From Hyphochytrium catenoides (taxonomy: Eukaryota; Protista; Hyphochytriomycota): DNA of 64,000 nucleotides. Shown here one piece after another: positions 12,556 to 25,870 of the stretch (its first letter is position 1; the number at the start of each line of letters is the position of its first letter). The notes beneath the pieces are model-generated. The model was not told the DNA's origin and did not search any database. It saw only the letters and a list, made by a program, of their open reading frames with translations. Both the position numbers and the translations under genes were made by a program. The stretch covers positions 1 to 64,000 of the forward strand of contig FLMG01000549.1 in the NCBI GenBank assembly GCA_900088475.1. Reading direction: 5' to 3'.

Positions 12556-13684
12556 CCTTGACAGGCTATTCTTTGGCAGTCTCCGAGCCCTCCACCAATA
12601 ACTTCTTTCGAAGGCAAGAACAGTGGATCTCAAGAACTTCCCCAGCTCTTCGGTGGCAGCGTTAGCTGGTACTAGTAGTAGAGGCCAGGGCGCAACGAAC
12701 TCGTCCAGTCCGGCGTCAAGACAATTGACAGATTTATTGACTGCGTGGATACTCAGTGAAAGTCCATCCTCGAGGCGATAGAAAGTGGAAGAACCATAGA
12801 ACAGCTCATAGAACTACAAGAAGATGGCGCTGATCTTCGACCTGGTGTTCTTTCTATCCACCACCTGCTGTGAAACACAGAGCCACAAACTGCTTTGGAC
12901 ATGGGAGGCTCTTCTGTCAGAGATCGGAATAAGTCTAACCAGGTCCTTCTCATAGTTCTCCCCGCTTCAGGAACTTTTTGCATCATGCCTCAGATCTCTG
13001 CTCCGGTTACTAAGTTTATGATTCTTCTGAATGATCAGCCGGAGTGATACTCTGTCCCAGGTTGAAGATCGCGATCTCCATGACACAGCTCAATCATAGG
13101 AGCAGTTCCTCATGACGTCTGATGACCGTCGTCCGCCATCAGAGTCATTCTCTACTGGGAGCAAGGAGCTACGCCATACCGTTGAGCCTTAGCCTAGTAT
13201 AGCGATGGTGAGCCGTCCAGTTATGAGCATAATGAGAGTGCTTGACCCTACCGCCCTACACCCTCATGATGAAGGTCGCCCAGACGATGAGCATTATTTG
13301 TTTGGACCTTAGACAGTGAATCGCAGTGGCTGCCAGGAAAGGTCATCGAGCTTAAAGAGAAGCCATGTGCTGGAAATCTACCGTGCAAGTATGACCAGAT
13401 TGGATAAGATAGAAAGGAGCTGAGAGTCTCCTCGTCATCAGCATACCAAGGCAGTGGTTTGCCTTGAAACGGGACTCACAGGGCCATGTAGTGCACCACC
13501 ACTCCTATCCTGTGTCATACCTCCATACTCGCACCTTGAGCTCATATTAAGGCTTGGACTCATCCATTTTACCTTTCATCATACATATATATATGCATCT
13601 CTAGCTAGATAGCGTATGGGTGCCTAAAAATGAACATGCCAGCGTACATTGAGAAATCTTCAGAGGAGGCAGAAATGTAGCGAA

Positions 13685-16600
13685 CTACGCTACTTTCTTG
13701 CGCTTTAGCTTCAGGACTTTCTGCGCCAAGCTGAAGGCAGCGATTCCTAGACCAACTCTAGATAAAGGCTGCTGTAAGAGGAATTGGGACTCAAAGAGCT
13801 GGCAAGCCTGCCTTGGTTCTAAGCTGGCTAGCTGGATATTCTGTCTTTCCCTATGTTCAGCGTTGAAGGCTGTAGTTGCTTCTTGACTCTTGTTAGCGGA
13901 GGGTGCCTCGTCTTGCCCTTTTTGTTCTTTCTGACTGGGCTCTTGTATCTCTGTAGAAATCTTACTGGGCTCTGTCATGTATAAGTTAAGGGTTAGGGTC
14001 GCTGTCTGCGCAGGTTGTTCTCCTCTATGGTACAAACACCTCTCACCTCTTGGCTGTCGCTTGCGAAGGGTATCCAGAGCCTGGATGTATTGTCCAATTA
14101 CCGGGTCCACCCACGACCGAACATGTGTCCAGCCTGTGGCCCACATGAGGTGCCCCCCTCTCTGAGTAGTGCACAGAATAACGTTGGGGTTGTCCCTTCA
14201 AATGCGTTTAGTCCAATAGTAAGACTGCGTAAGTGATACATTTTCTTAGACTGACTCTGACCTGCTCTCTTTGTATGGAAGAGTGACAGAATGTCCTAAG
14301 GGGTCATCTTGTGCATTAAGACAGAGTAGTGGGATCTGTATTCTGGCGACAGCTAGGAGAAGAGGTGTCACCCATGAAACTACTACCTCGCACTGACTAA
14401 AGAATAGACTTACATGCTGCCCCTCCAAGTCCATCTGCCAATAATCTGAGGCCACGGGCTAGGTTAGAGAGAGGTAGCAGGGGAGCTTTCAGCACTGGAA
14501 GAATGACAGTGCTCACCTGGCTGATTGCTCTCCACCGAGGCAGTCAGCTTCTCTGGAATCAAGGACAAGTTTATCGGCTGCTACCCAGGTGTTCACCTAT
14601 ATAATTGATTTCTTTGTCAGCTTCTTTTAGGGGTGGATGTTAAGGGTTAGGCTTCTTCGCGCCTATTCCGCGCAGAATGCTTGATAAGTCTACCCGTCCC
14701 ACTCTTTCTCATGTCTAAAGGGTCGTACGACGTCTCCTCGACATCTCGATTTCTTTAAGGGTTACCATGGGTAAACGTCCATTTTATGCCCTACCTTACG
14801 GAGGAAGTTAGACAGCTTCCACCCTGAGTGCTGGTGAGATGCTAACATCTCCCGAAGCCTGAGAGAGAGATGTTGCAAATCAGTGTATTAGCTCGTCTCC
14901 TTTGTACAAAGAGAGACTATCACTGTGGCATATCAAGGATCGAAGGATAGCATACCTCTGGCACATTCGACCGTCAAAGGGGTTGGCAACACTTACGGCA
15001 CCATCGAGAGAACACGCTGACTCCTCACTGGCAATCGCGTCCAACAGCAAACTGGCTCCGGACGAGAAGCCTACGGCTACGGCTGTGCCCCTTATAACCC
15101 TAGAGCGGACGCAGAAAGATGCTTCTTTTATGGCTTGTTTTTGCAAACATTGAACCTCCTGTCCGAGATCTCTTAGGAGTGAAGAACCAACGTTTATAAA
15201 AGGGTGACTTTGTACCTGTGCGGAGCCTGTTGAAGGTGATACCCTCAGCACTGCCACCTGCCATCCTAACGAAGAGGCCATGATAGTAGTTGAACAGACG
15301 GAACTACGTGACTAGGGCTGACATTAGCTCCTGAGTCGTCGCCGTAAAGGTTTGAGTTTCCTACCTGGCTGTCGCCAAGTGTTCGCTCCAAGTCAGGAAC
15401 CACCAACTAGAACACGAAGAGTGAAGAGATGAGCGTAAAAAATCATAAATGTCGAGTTAGATGTTTATGATTTTTGTCCAACTGTGTTACGACCAGAGCG
15501 AAGAGTCAGCAAGAGTTAGACACCAAGCAAAGCAAGCGCTCTGCAACCCTGGGAAGCCCGACATACATACCACTGTTGGGACATCCTTGGGTTTCATGCT
15601 GTTATTAGGTAGTACCCACTGCACGTAGCAGGAGCCTCCAACCGAGCACGGGAGCTCCTCGCTATATGGAATGTTAGATCATCTGAGTATTCAGTAGCGA
15701 CTCATTGAGCTGCGCACCGGAAGTTCTCAGAGACTGGAAGAGAAGCTCTATTTTTCTTTTGCATCATCAGGGTCTGCAGCAAGCTGGTACTCTGATTAGG
15801 AGAGTCATCACGAGATATTGAGCTTCCTGAAACACTACTCACCCATCTTGCAAATATAACGTGGGAAAATATCTCTCCGTGCCTAATGGGTGAAGCGGGA
15901 GGAGTGGGAGAGCGCCTCAATTGACAGAGTTAGGGAAGAAGAGATAGATCAGAATAGTGAAGTTGCGAAGATAGCAAGAGTATTGGTTATCTTGAAGTCC
16001 ACAGACAGAATGCTAAGAGGTGAAAGCTCCGGAAGCCAGAACCTGAAGCTCTATGCTCAAACTCACATAATTTTGGGCAAAGGCTAAGGACGGAAGCATT
16101 GAAGCTTGTTTGGGCGCAAGTGACTTCTGGCTTATCGGTTAGCAGATTTAGGAGGAGCTTATACGTTAGAAGAATAAATAATATACTAATGGAGAGCAGA
16201 CAACAGAGAGAAATAGTTAACGCGCTTAGGGCTCTCCATGGGCTCTGCGTGGGAGACGAGAAGTAGGGGAAAGAGATGGCGGGAACAAAGATTAGCAGTG
16301 GAGTAGTTCCTCAGTCAGCTTCAGGCTTGATTCAAAGTATATGGAAACATAGGCCTTCCTACCTCATCCATGTACCGCGACGCGACTATATGGCGGTGGT
16401 GACTGTAGATGGGCAAAGCACGGAAGATCGACCTAAGCGCCAAGAGATCAACTCGGAAATTGGCGGCCTTGGGGATAAAGAGTTAGAAGAGCGGATTCTG
16501 AAGTAGTTTAGCCTTAGAACAGAGAATAGAAAAGACGAACACTATGAACCGCGCTTGTTAAACTCTTGAAGGGAGTTGGAAGAGCTCGATCCCGGCGTAC

Positions 16601-16693
16601 CTGTTGAGCGATGATGGGGGAGAGCTGATCCATCACAAATAGCCCTAGGACGAACCCAAGGAAGAAATTGGTGCTGGTGACGTTATGACTCAT
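13685..16693 (-). CDS. ABHD1/2/3 (YheT-like) alpha/beta hydrolase with N-terminal TM segment(s); 5' end uncertain
   Basis: Spliced: LCPKLCTERYFPTLYLQDGLLQT, REELPCSVGGSCYVQW, nucleophile elbow AVGFSSGA, IPLLCLNAQDDP, NPNVILCTTQRGGHLMW (Ser-Asp-His triad). Confidence 0.85.
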
Positions 16694-17786
16694 GATGAAG
16701 TGAAGATTTCAAGAAGGTGCACTGTGGATGGCAGACAAGAGAGATATAACGAGCAAGAGAGACAATAGAGGGCTTCTACTGATTGGTTGATGGTTAGCGG
16801 CGACTGAGAGGTATGTTAATCTGTGGGGCTGTTTGTTGACCAGGAACTTGGTAAGTAAAGACGGTGAGAGGACGACGGGACGAAGGAAGAGGACGGGGTA
16901 GCAGTGGGAGGAGAAGAGTTAACATTTTATTTATTCCTTCCTCAGTCACCTCTCTCTCTCTCACTCTCTCCCTCTTTCGGCTCTCTCTCTCTCCCATGAC
17001 TCCTGATTCCTTCCACTGCTGCCCTCTATCTTTCTCATTTTGCTGCTCAGTGAGCTGTCACTCGGAGTTTCCTTTTCTCCCCGGCTGGCCCCGTCTCTCT
17101 ACTCTCTATGTTATGCCAACCCGATGGGCGGGTGGGAGACTAGATTATTCTGATGCGACCTTTCAGATAAGAGCCATCTCGAACTAACAGCTCAGCGCCC
17201 ATGAACGTCCTTCCTTCCCTAATCCATGACCGCCTTGATGAGAGTAGACAACTATGAGGTTGAACCTGTACGTCGTAGAAGAGCTATAGAGACGACCTGG
17301 CAATCTGGCGGGGAAGAAGGAGGACAGGATGCTGCCGCAGCAGCACGGCCCCAGAGAGGAACGAAGGCACTGTGAACGGATAGCGCGGGAAGAGGGCAGG
17401 AGGGTGATGGTGGAGACAGGCGAATATTTTGTATTTCTATAGCCGTTGCGTACCGCTAACGGCGTGTCAAGTGGAGAATCAGAAGGAGGCTGGGATCTTG
17501 CCTTCTCCTTGAAGCTTCCCAAGCTTCCCTTTGCCTGATGAGATGATGTGCTTGCTAGATCCACGGGCCTCCTGCTAGTTTGGCCGATCAGTTCCTGCTG
17601 CTCTCTGCTCCAGCTCCTCATGCTTCTCATGACAGCTTGAACTAGTGGGAGCCTTATGCGTTAAGTTCTTCTCACGCTTGTTGCTACCATGATGAAGCTT
17701 AACCAATAGTGGTGACAGAGTTGGCTCGATCACTCTGGTCAGGTGAGGCTCTTGCTAGCCCCCGAACCTCTATTTTCTTCCGCCTA

Positions 17787-20700
17787 ATGGGTGGCAGCGC
17801 GACGGAGCTCCTCGGAAGCCTACTTCAACGGGAGACATCGCTGGACACTTTCTTAGAAAGATGGCTCCCGGAGAGCGGGGAGGCGGTAGGTTACATCACC
17901 ACTCGAAAGACAAGCCTTTGAAACCTTTGGAGATTAGAGACACACACAGAAGAGAGACATTCAGCCTAGATGATAGAATGGGCCGCGGATAGGGTAGTTT
18001 TGAGCTGCGATGACGGCCCCATGTGAAGGGGCAATATAAGGTTAAGGGCAGGTTTAGTGGGATTCTGGCGCCATGTCAACCCTATTCCTGCATGCTTATT
18101 GCTACTTCCTGCCACCTCCTGGATCTATCCACTCATTTCCTTATTTTTTTACAGAGAGATTGGTACTTCCCTAGGACAATGATCTCCGTCAAAGGTCTGC
18201 CTACAAATACTCGAGAAGAATGGCCTCCGAACGGATCTAGCAGAACGGGTGATATTGACCCTGACATAACGGGCATCAAACCTTTGGAGCTTTTCGTTGG
18301 AGTGTTAAACCTAGTCCGTGATGATGCTCGACAGCTCCTTGAAAGTTCGGGAAAGAAGGTTGTTCCTGTGTTCCATCGGCCAGCTCCATCTGACCCCGAC
18401 CGGGGTCAGGATGCTAGGGTGAGCGATAAGAAGAACAACAATAAGCAAAAGGAGGATGAGCAGCTTGGAGGGGATGATAAGCAGAAGAACCCTTCAACGG
18501 AGAGTCGAAAGGCGTGGCGACGAGACAAACGAGATGAACACGTTTTCAGAGAAGAGGACTTCCCATCTCTGGCGGCCAGAATTGCAGCTGGTCCTAAAGC
18601 TCCCAGAGACGATAACCGGACGACGAAAGTGGCCAAACAGATGGAACGTCAGTGGTCGAGGGGCTCTCAGGTTAGTGATAGCCCTTGCCAGTACTTATAT
18701 TTTTCAGATTATACTCAACTCTGTCCTTAACTTAATGTCGCAGCGGCCCAGGAAGAGGGTACCTACGACGTTAGTCCATCCTTCGGAGGCGAAGCCTTCC
18801 CAGCCATGGGCTGGCCTGAGCGGTGCCGGAGCTGAGAGTTATAGCCCCCAGAAAGCAGAGTGTGAGATACTAAAAGGACGATATAGATCAAAAGGGCTCT
18901 TAACACCCCCGTCAAGAGGGGAGAAAGCCCAGCCACTCTCCCCCTTGTAAGTCACAGTAGGGCTCTACCTGCCTCCTTTGCCATGATTATCCCATTGAAA
19001 TAGGTTCCTAGCTCATGCTTGACTGTCCAGAGGCCCCTCTGCGTAAACGCTTAAATCACTAACAGGTTCTTTGGCTCACATGGCTACCAACCTTCTCGGG
19101 TCCATATCTTAGGCTAGCAAAGCCCCGAAAAGGTCCAGTTCCCTCGTCCCCAGAAGATCGTGAAGGCGAGGAGTTCAACGCGGAATATTTGCTACCGCTT
19201 ACCCCCCTACTGCGGATGGCCGAGCTCTATGCCTTTGCCTTGGCAAACGGTTTTGCTCCTAACGTCGCAACAGAGATCCAACTCCTGGTTAGGCTTCTAA
19301 CTCTAACAGAGTCACGACAAAGCCCAGGTACATGTCTACCAAATTCCCATTTTTTTGACATGTGGCAGACGTACATAACTAGACATTGCCTAACGCTCTT
19401 TGCCCCCTAGAAATGAACGGAAAGGTGCTCTGTACCTCGAAGCACTGCTGGCTATTTTCAGTACTCGTCCTTTCATCCCTCCCCTCTCTATTAGCCTCTC
19501 TGGGTGTCCAGATACTCCTTCTTCTTAGCCGAACGAGGGCCCTCGCTTTCTTCCCTGATTTTGCCTCTCAAGTGCAGATAGAGATTGATCGCTGGTATGT
19601 AACCTTTCTGGCGACCATTGCTATAGCACAGTAGCTGCGCCAATTCGCTCTTCCCAACTTTCTCAACCTTTAACGGTCTTTATAACCTAGTGATTTAGTG
19701 CTTGTCCACTTTGAACTTTATTTGAGGAAGAAGATGGAGTGTCCTACTGTTTAACCACAAGACCTCTACCACTTCCCAGAGCTCGAGCGGACTAACATAG
19801 ACAATCCTACTCTATCTTCGGGTTACTACTCTCTGTTCCACTTTCCAGCTATACTGCCTGGGCAGAGGCCAGCAGCAGGCAGCATGACATGCCAGTAGAT
19901 AGAAATGGGGAAGAAATATTCACGTTTGCCGAATCCTTGCGAACTCAAGGAAATGAAGAGGGTGAACGAAGAGTAGGAGGGGCTCTCAACCTCCTGTCAC
20001 ACCACGAGGAGAGTAAAGGCGTCAATTCCCGTTTGTACTATAAGAGGCCAGACCATGCGCGCATGTACAGCAACCGAGAATCTAGTCGGGACATTCTCCT
20101 AGAGCTTATTGGTGCTTTTCAGGTATCTAAGATCTTGCCCTAACCCAGCGGTGCTTGGTCCGATTAAGTGCTTCCTGCATAAGGGTTTCTGATCTTCATT
20201 AGCCTCTGGCAATTTGTTCATTACTGAGTCCAATCCTAAAGCAACCTTATATCATCATTAATACTGCTGTTCTTCATTGATATCTTTTCATTTTCTCCTT
20301 TTTTGTGGGCTGTATGGGTGGTGAGGCCTCCAGTGAGGTTACAGTGACACCGGCCCCTTGGGGAGTCCTGCCCCTTGTCCACCACCGGCCCTACTCATAG
20401 ACGAGCCCGTGATGATGGGGTTGGATCATCATGTTCATGTGCTAAGCTAGGCTCTATATTGTGCGCCGCTGGCGTTCCGTATCTGGTTTCTCTTCTCTCA
20501 CCTATCGCTCTTCTCGATGTTTTTGTCGTTTGAGACTTTAACTAGGGCATGATATCTTTTCATAAAGATGACCGCACCTCCGGTGACTATTCTGAGTTTT
20601 GGTTTTGGCCACTACTTTCTAAGCTATTTAATGCAGACTTGTCGATTTGGTGTTGATCCGGAGCCGTGGCAGCAGTTCAAGGCCGAGTTCCAGCAGCAGG

Positions 20701-23700
20701 TGGACCATCTCTTGTCCTTTCTCTTGCCGGTCAACAACCGCTGGTTCGCTTCGCTTCTAGTGTCACAGCTCCTTCATGTAAGAAAGCATGGAAGGAAAGA
20801 GAGGAAATGGTGACAGGCTTTATCAATAACATCATCCGTAGTTACGTTTTTCTCTGCTCGACAAGGACTGTTTTCCTGACTTTGTAGCCCTGTTTTCTTT
20901 CGTATCTCAGTGTTGCCACCACCTCGCTGCCCCAATAGCTCTGGGAGTATTGACGAGTTCTACCTTTCTTGTTCTCTGAGCGTTGTACACGCAGTTATCC
21001 ACGCACGACCAACAATACCGTTGTCACGACCGTTGACTTTCACATGTTAATAGACTGGCTTGAGCCCAGGCGTTGGCAATGACGAAAAAATTCTTGGGCT
21101 GGGGAGAGGACAAGGTGGACAAAATGTCCAGAGGCTCCGTAAACTCCAACGACGGTTTTCTGCGCAGAGCGTCAATCCTGGGCGAAGCACTCAGAGGCTC
21201 CGCGTAAACGAGAACAAAGATGGACAGCCAGTCATGGAAGGAAATGAGGTAAGGAGACTTAAGCAGACAGGGCCTCCTAAGCATATGAGGGGTGAGGTTG
21301 CGGTAAAGAACGCTTAGTTTGAGGTTAAGTTCACGTGTCGGATCGGGCATGAAGAGGGAAGCCAGAAGAGGAGAGATGATTATGGGGACAACTCTTGTGC
21401 TTTCTCGTAACGAGAAATTGGCTCTCGAACAGTGCAACTAAGGTATACTGTTCATATATAGACGGACATTCTGCGCTACTTTCCTGAGAATCAAGAGTTT
21501 TTCTACCTGTTCATCCGATCCTGTACGTCGTATCCCCTCCTGGAGAATGTCAAGGCCGTGACAGCAGCGATGCTGACCAGCGTAAGTCCTCCATCCTCCT
21601 CTGGAACCTAAGTTTTTCCGGGCTGAGTACATTGTCTGAATATGGTCTTAGCATCTTCTTCCTCTGATTGATCTCAAGCTCAAAGAACCTCACGGTCTGG
21701 TAGCATCTTCCTCCTTCCGCCCATGATTTTCTCCATGGTTATTCTGACTCCTCGCTTGGTCCTCGCATATGGATTCTGTCACGTTCCCTCGATCTCCTCC
21801 GTTCCCGAATCGGTTTGGCAATGTGGGATTCTAGCTTGCAGAGCGTAACCAAACGCCACATGCTGCCCGCGGTAACCTGACAGAGCGCGTATTGCAGATG
21901 AAGGTGTGGGCGTGTGTGTGTGTGTGTGTGTGTGGGGGGGGGATACCCTAACTTTGTAAAGTATCTCTTCTATCTGCTCTCCCTGCTTGACGTTGGCTGT
22001 AGAATTCAACACACACCGTTTATCTTTTGGCCTTTGTCCGCTATTCTCTACTAGGGCTTTGTGATTTGCTTATATCCTGCTACTCCAGGTACTCGCTAAA
22101 TTCCTGGGCTTGCTGCTGTTCTCTCCGTCGTGGGGCTTATCCGAAAACGTGCATAAGGCCGAGAACAAGGCTTTTCGACTAGCCTTTGAGGTATCAAGAT
22201 CTCTCCCGAATGACCATTTTACGGTCACCTCAGCCTCGTCCTGCCTTCTACTCTCTCCCTGATTCCCGATGCTTTCGTCTTTCGCTCAGTACTTGAAGCG
22301 GTTTGCCTAAACCCAAACGCATGCTCTGGCTGACGGTGCCAATCCAATTATTGCTCCCAAATATATTGTGTCTCTGTTACCTTTGGGCAGGAAGCGGTAG
22401 AAGTGTCCACAAGATGCCAGCCACAACTGTTGGACGTACGGCTTTTGGTTTTACAGGCCATCAGAGACCAGCACCTTTTAGCGACCATTCCATGGGTTCT
22501 CGACCACCTCAGGATGCTGCAGGGTGACAAGGTCAAGTACAGTATCAACTCTCTACTTTGGGAGGACAACTGCTGATTAGATGTGGATCCTTGACCCATA
22601 TATTGTCTTACTGCTATTACGAGGATTGGCCTCCATGTCCCCTCTATTCCTGTAAAATGACTGATCACATGTTGTCTCAATGGCCAGGTGTCCCGGCAAA
22701 CGAAGTACTATCAAGACGTGTTTCATATTCTTAGATGGATTCGGAAGCGCTATTTTCCCTTGTCCACGTCCTCTTTCACAGCCCTCTGCGTGCAGACGTC
22801 CATAGAAGAATTCTTAGAGGAGTTAGGTCTCCCTCCTCACAACTCTGACACTACAGCTCCGGAAGGACTAGAAGATCTCTACAAGAGTTTGAGCACTACC
22901 GGACCAGCTTTGCTGGCAACCGCTAGTGGTCCTTGCCCATTGTCGGAACAGGAACCACTTGACAAGCAGCCGTTTTTATTTGGAGAGCGGTTCCTTCAGG
23001 CCGTCAGTAGAAGTCTTCACGATGTGAAAAAGCTCTTAGAAGCTTCTAACGCTCTTAAAGTAAGAGGTAAGTGCAACCCAAAGCTAAGAATTGCAGAAGA
23101 CGAGACAGCATCTAGACTTAGACTGTGTCCTGGAACTGCCTAGTTTTCTCTATTCGCTCTTCGAATGGGCATTGTTAAGAACTATCTCACATTGTCATCT
23201 CTACGCTTTGACAGCCTCCCGCAGTGACTCAAACACAGTTGGCATCCGGAAGCTTAGGCCCAGTGTTATATCACCCGTTCAACCTAGAGAGCGCTACAGG
23301 TATAACTAGGAGGGTCGAGCTGGGAAGAGGATTACCCTAGGTTTGGGATCAAGAGAGCGTCAGGCGGCTAAATGCAGGATGTGTGATGTAGAAAGTGGAA
23401 CAACAGCCTAGCTTCATATGGGAAGTGAGGATGAGAAATAACTAAATGTGATTGCAGTCAGAGTATCCAGCTGCCAAACTCCTCTCCAGAGCCGCGGGTC
23501 CACCGTCAAGATCGTCGAGTAGAGAGCTCGACCCTGAATGGTCGCTTAGCGTCTGCATTCTTTGCTCAAGAGAACGGGTTACAGGATCTAGTTCAGCTCA
23601 TTTGTCCGACGCTCGTAAGAGTAAGTGTTGGGATAGATGATGCCTCGTGAATTACTCCCATCAACTTCACTCGTACATCTCTACCCATGTTGCCATCAGT

Positions 23701-25399
23701 CTTATAGCCCGAGGCTACTGTCAAGTCAGAGTGAGCATCATGATCCTCTTTTTGACTGGAACTATCCCCTAGAACGCTTGCTCGGATGCTATCAGGGTTA
23801 GTGTACCGCAAGCACTTTCGGAATATGAAAGGGACGGAGAGCTAGGAGAGGAGAGTAAGCCATACACACTTAGCGCCAAACGCGTGGAACCCCTCTATAC
23901 TCACAAGAGATTTATACCTTGACAGGCCTTAGCCAGTCCGTTTCCGGAGCACAGAATCGAGCAATCGCTTTCGCTCTATTACATTCTCAGCATTACATAG
24001 AAGTCAAGGTACGGCTTTTCTATGACATGCCATCTCAGTTTCCCTCATGAGCTTTGTGTGTAAGCGGTTACGGTTCATCGCTCCGTTGTGGCAAGTGTTT
24101 CTGCTCACGAAATGAACCTCATTCCCAAACAGCCGATGTTATCCCGGAAACTTATCTTTCGCCTCAATTTGTCTTGCAATTCGACTTTTGAATAGGCTGC
24201 TGAGGCTCTAAAGGCCCTAGCGCCTTCTTCAACCACAGTCCAAGAGTTAGACGTCGCCACGGCTCTTGCAGTTGCCTTCGTCAATCAGCAGGTTCCCAAG
24301 CGCCTCATTTCAGAGCTTCGAGAGATGGTGAAAGAGAAGGTGGGGTCGTCATAAAGAGGGTTATTTTTCTAGAATTCATGACGTCGGACACGCTTCTAGT
24401 GATTTGAAAACACTTACTGTCTGTGCCTATCTTTGTTGATGCCTTCTCATGTGTATGGCGGAGTAAGCTTTCTCAGTGCCATGAAACTCTTATATCCATC
24501 CATCTCTAGGTGGAGAGCAGCATTAGGAAAGTCGGGAGACAAGTGCGATTACCCTCAACAGTGGCTCAGAAGGTCCATAAGGGAAATGAGCTGATTACAG
24601 ATGATAAGGATATAGAAAGAGGTAGAACCACTTCAAGGACGGAGGTCAAAGGAGAAACACCCGAGCTAGAGAACATTACCAGAAACCTTGCCTTCGACTT
24701 TCTGTCAGTATCTCCTGGGGCTGCGGGGGACAGCGAAGATCCCGCCGTCAATGCAATCGAGCATTCCTCAGCTTGTGGTGAAACGGGACTCGAAATGTCT
24801 GGCAGAGCTGGTGAGGCAGGACCCGAAGATGGAAACAACAGGATGCTGGGAGACACTTCTAGTCTCATCTCTGGTCTTGATGGGCTTTCTCTCGCGGCTA
24901 TGTCTTCGTTGTCGGGTGCTCGCTTCATGGCAATAGCGGAGGCAATAGGAATGGAAAGCTCGGTGATGCAGAGCATCAAAATTCGACAGCTAGCTCGTGT
25001 CTGGAGTGACGAGGTAACGCATTCACAGATGATCCCCTCCACTAATCCTATCACCCTCTCACTCGTCTCCTTTGTGGGTAATCTCCCTGCTTGCCCCTAA
25101 TTGTCTATCTGTAGCTCAAACACAGATTTCTCCCTACCCAGCATATAGAAAGGGCAATCCTCTCCTTTCTACACCCAGTTCCAACTAAACAGGCGGTGGA
25201 AGCAGACCTCCTAATGTATAGGAAGCCTTTAGAACCACGTGGCGCCACCTGGGCCAAGCTGACTGTGACCAGAATTGTGCTAGAAGTGCTTTCGAATTAC
25301 CCCTCTCTACCTCTTCTGGAGGGCTGCATGAAAGTCTACCACAAGCGATTCAGCTCGCTGCTGCCAGAATACTTTCCGGCTAAGCCAGTTCATGAGTAG
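17787..25399 (+). CDS. CDAN1: Codanin-1 / Discs lost homolog (ASF1-binding), many exons
   Basis: Collinear codanin-like blocks: FVGVLNLVRDD; LRMAELYAFALANGFAPNVATEIQLLVRLLT; YSNRESSRDILLELI; WFASLLVSQLL; RLRKLQRRF; FPENQEFFYLFI; VLAKFLGLLLFSP; LDVRLLVLQAIRDQHLLATIPWVLDHL; LDKQPFLFGERFL..DVKKLL; RKLRPSV. ORFs 24510-25100 and 25196-25399 splice in frame as the last exons. Confidence 0.85.
21912..21942. repeat. (GT)n microsatellite plus G run inside a codanin intron
   Basis: gtgtgt...gggggggg read directly just after the donor site. Confidence 0.9.
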
Positions 25400-25509
25400 C
25401 ATGTTATGTAGCACTAGGGCTGCATGAAAGTCTACCACAAGCGATTCAGCTCGCTGCCAGAATACTTTCCGGGTAAGCCAGCTGATGAGAAGCATGTTAT
25501 GTAGCACTA
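25321..25509 (+). repeat. Tandem duplication (96 bp + 93 bp) of the codanin 3' end including its stop codon
   Basis: gggctgcatgaaagtctaccacaagcgattcagctcgctg...gcatgttatgtagcacta occurs at 25321-25416 and 25417-25509; the copies differ by a 3-nt deletion and a few substitutions. Confidence 0.95.
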
Positions 25510-25870
25510 TAACACGAGGAGGCCAAAGCTCTCTCTGCACTCTTGAACGCATTGCCGCAACCGGTCGCGTCCGAGTCCAGGTCACATCGATGCTATGCTG
25601 GAGACCAAGTATAACCCCTTGATAAGATTGCGGATCAATGTGCTTTGAAGATTGAGACGAGTACATAGCTTGTAGATCCCAAGGTAACGAAGATGATCTT
25701 GGCCACTCGCTTTTGTTACGAAACCTGTATTATTTATATATTTATTTTTAAGGAGACCATACCCCTCCACCCGCCTCGCTGCTGCCATTGAGACAAAGAG
25801 CTCTCCTAAGGCAGAGAAATCGCGGTCTAACGTTCATCCTTGTAACTCTGTATAGTAAGCTTGGTTATGT

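Noticed and set aside
13983-14652. ttaagggttagg motifs as telomeric repeats
   Set aside because: They are short and lie in ABHD introns, where they read as CTAAC branch-point-like sequence on the minus strand.
22303-22345. RMLWLTVP peptide as the codanin LTVPW motif
   Set aside because: Wrong splice phase; the real motif (LATIPW) is in the next exon.
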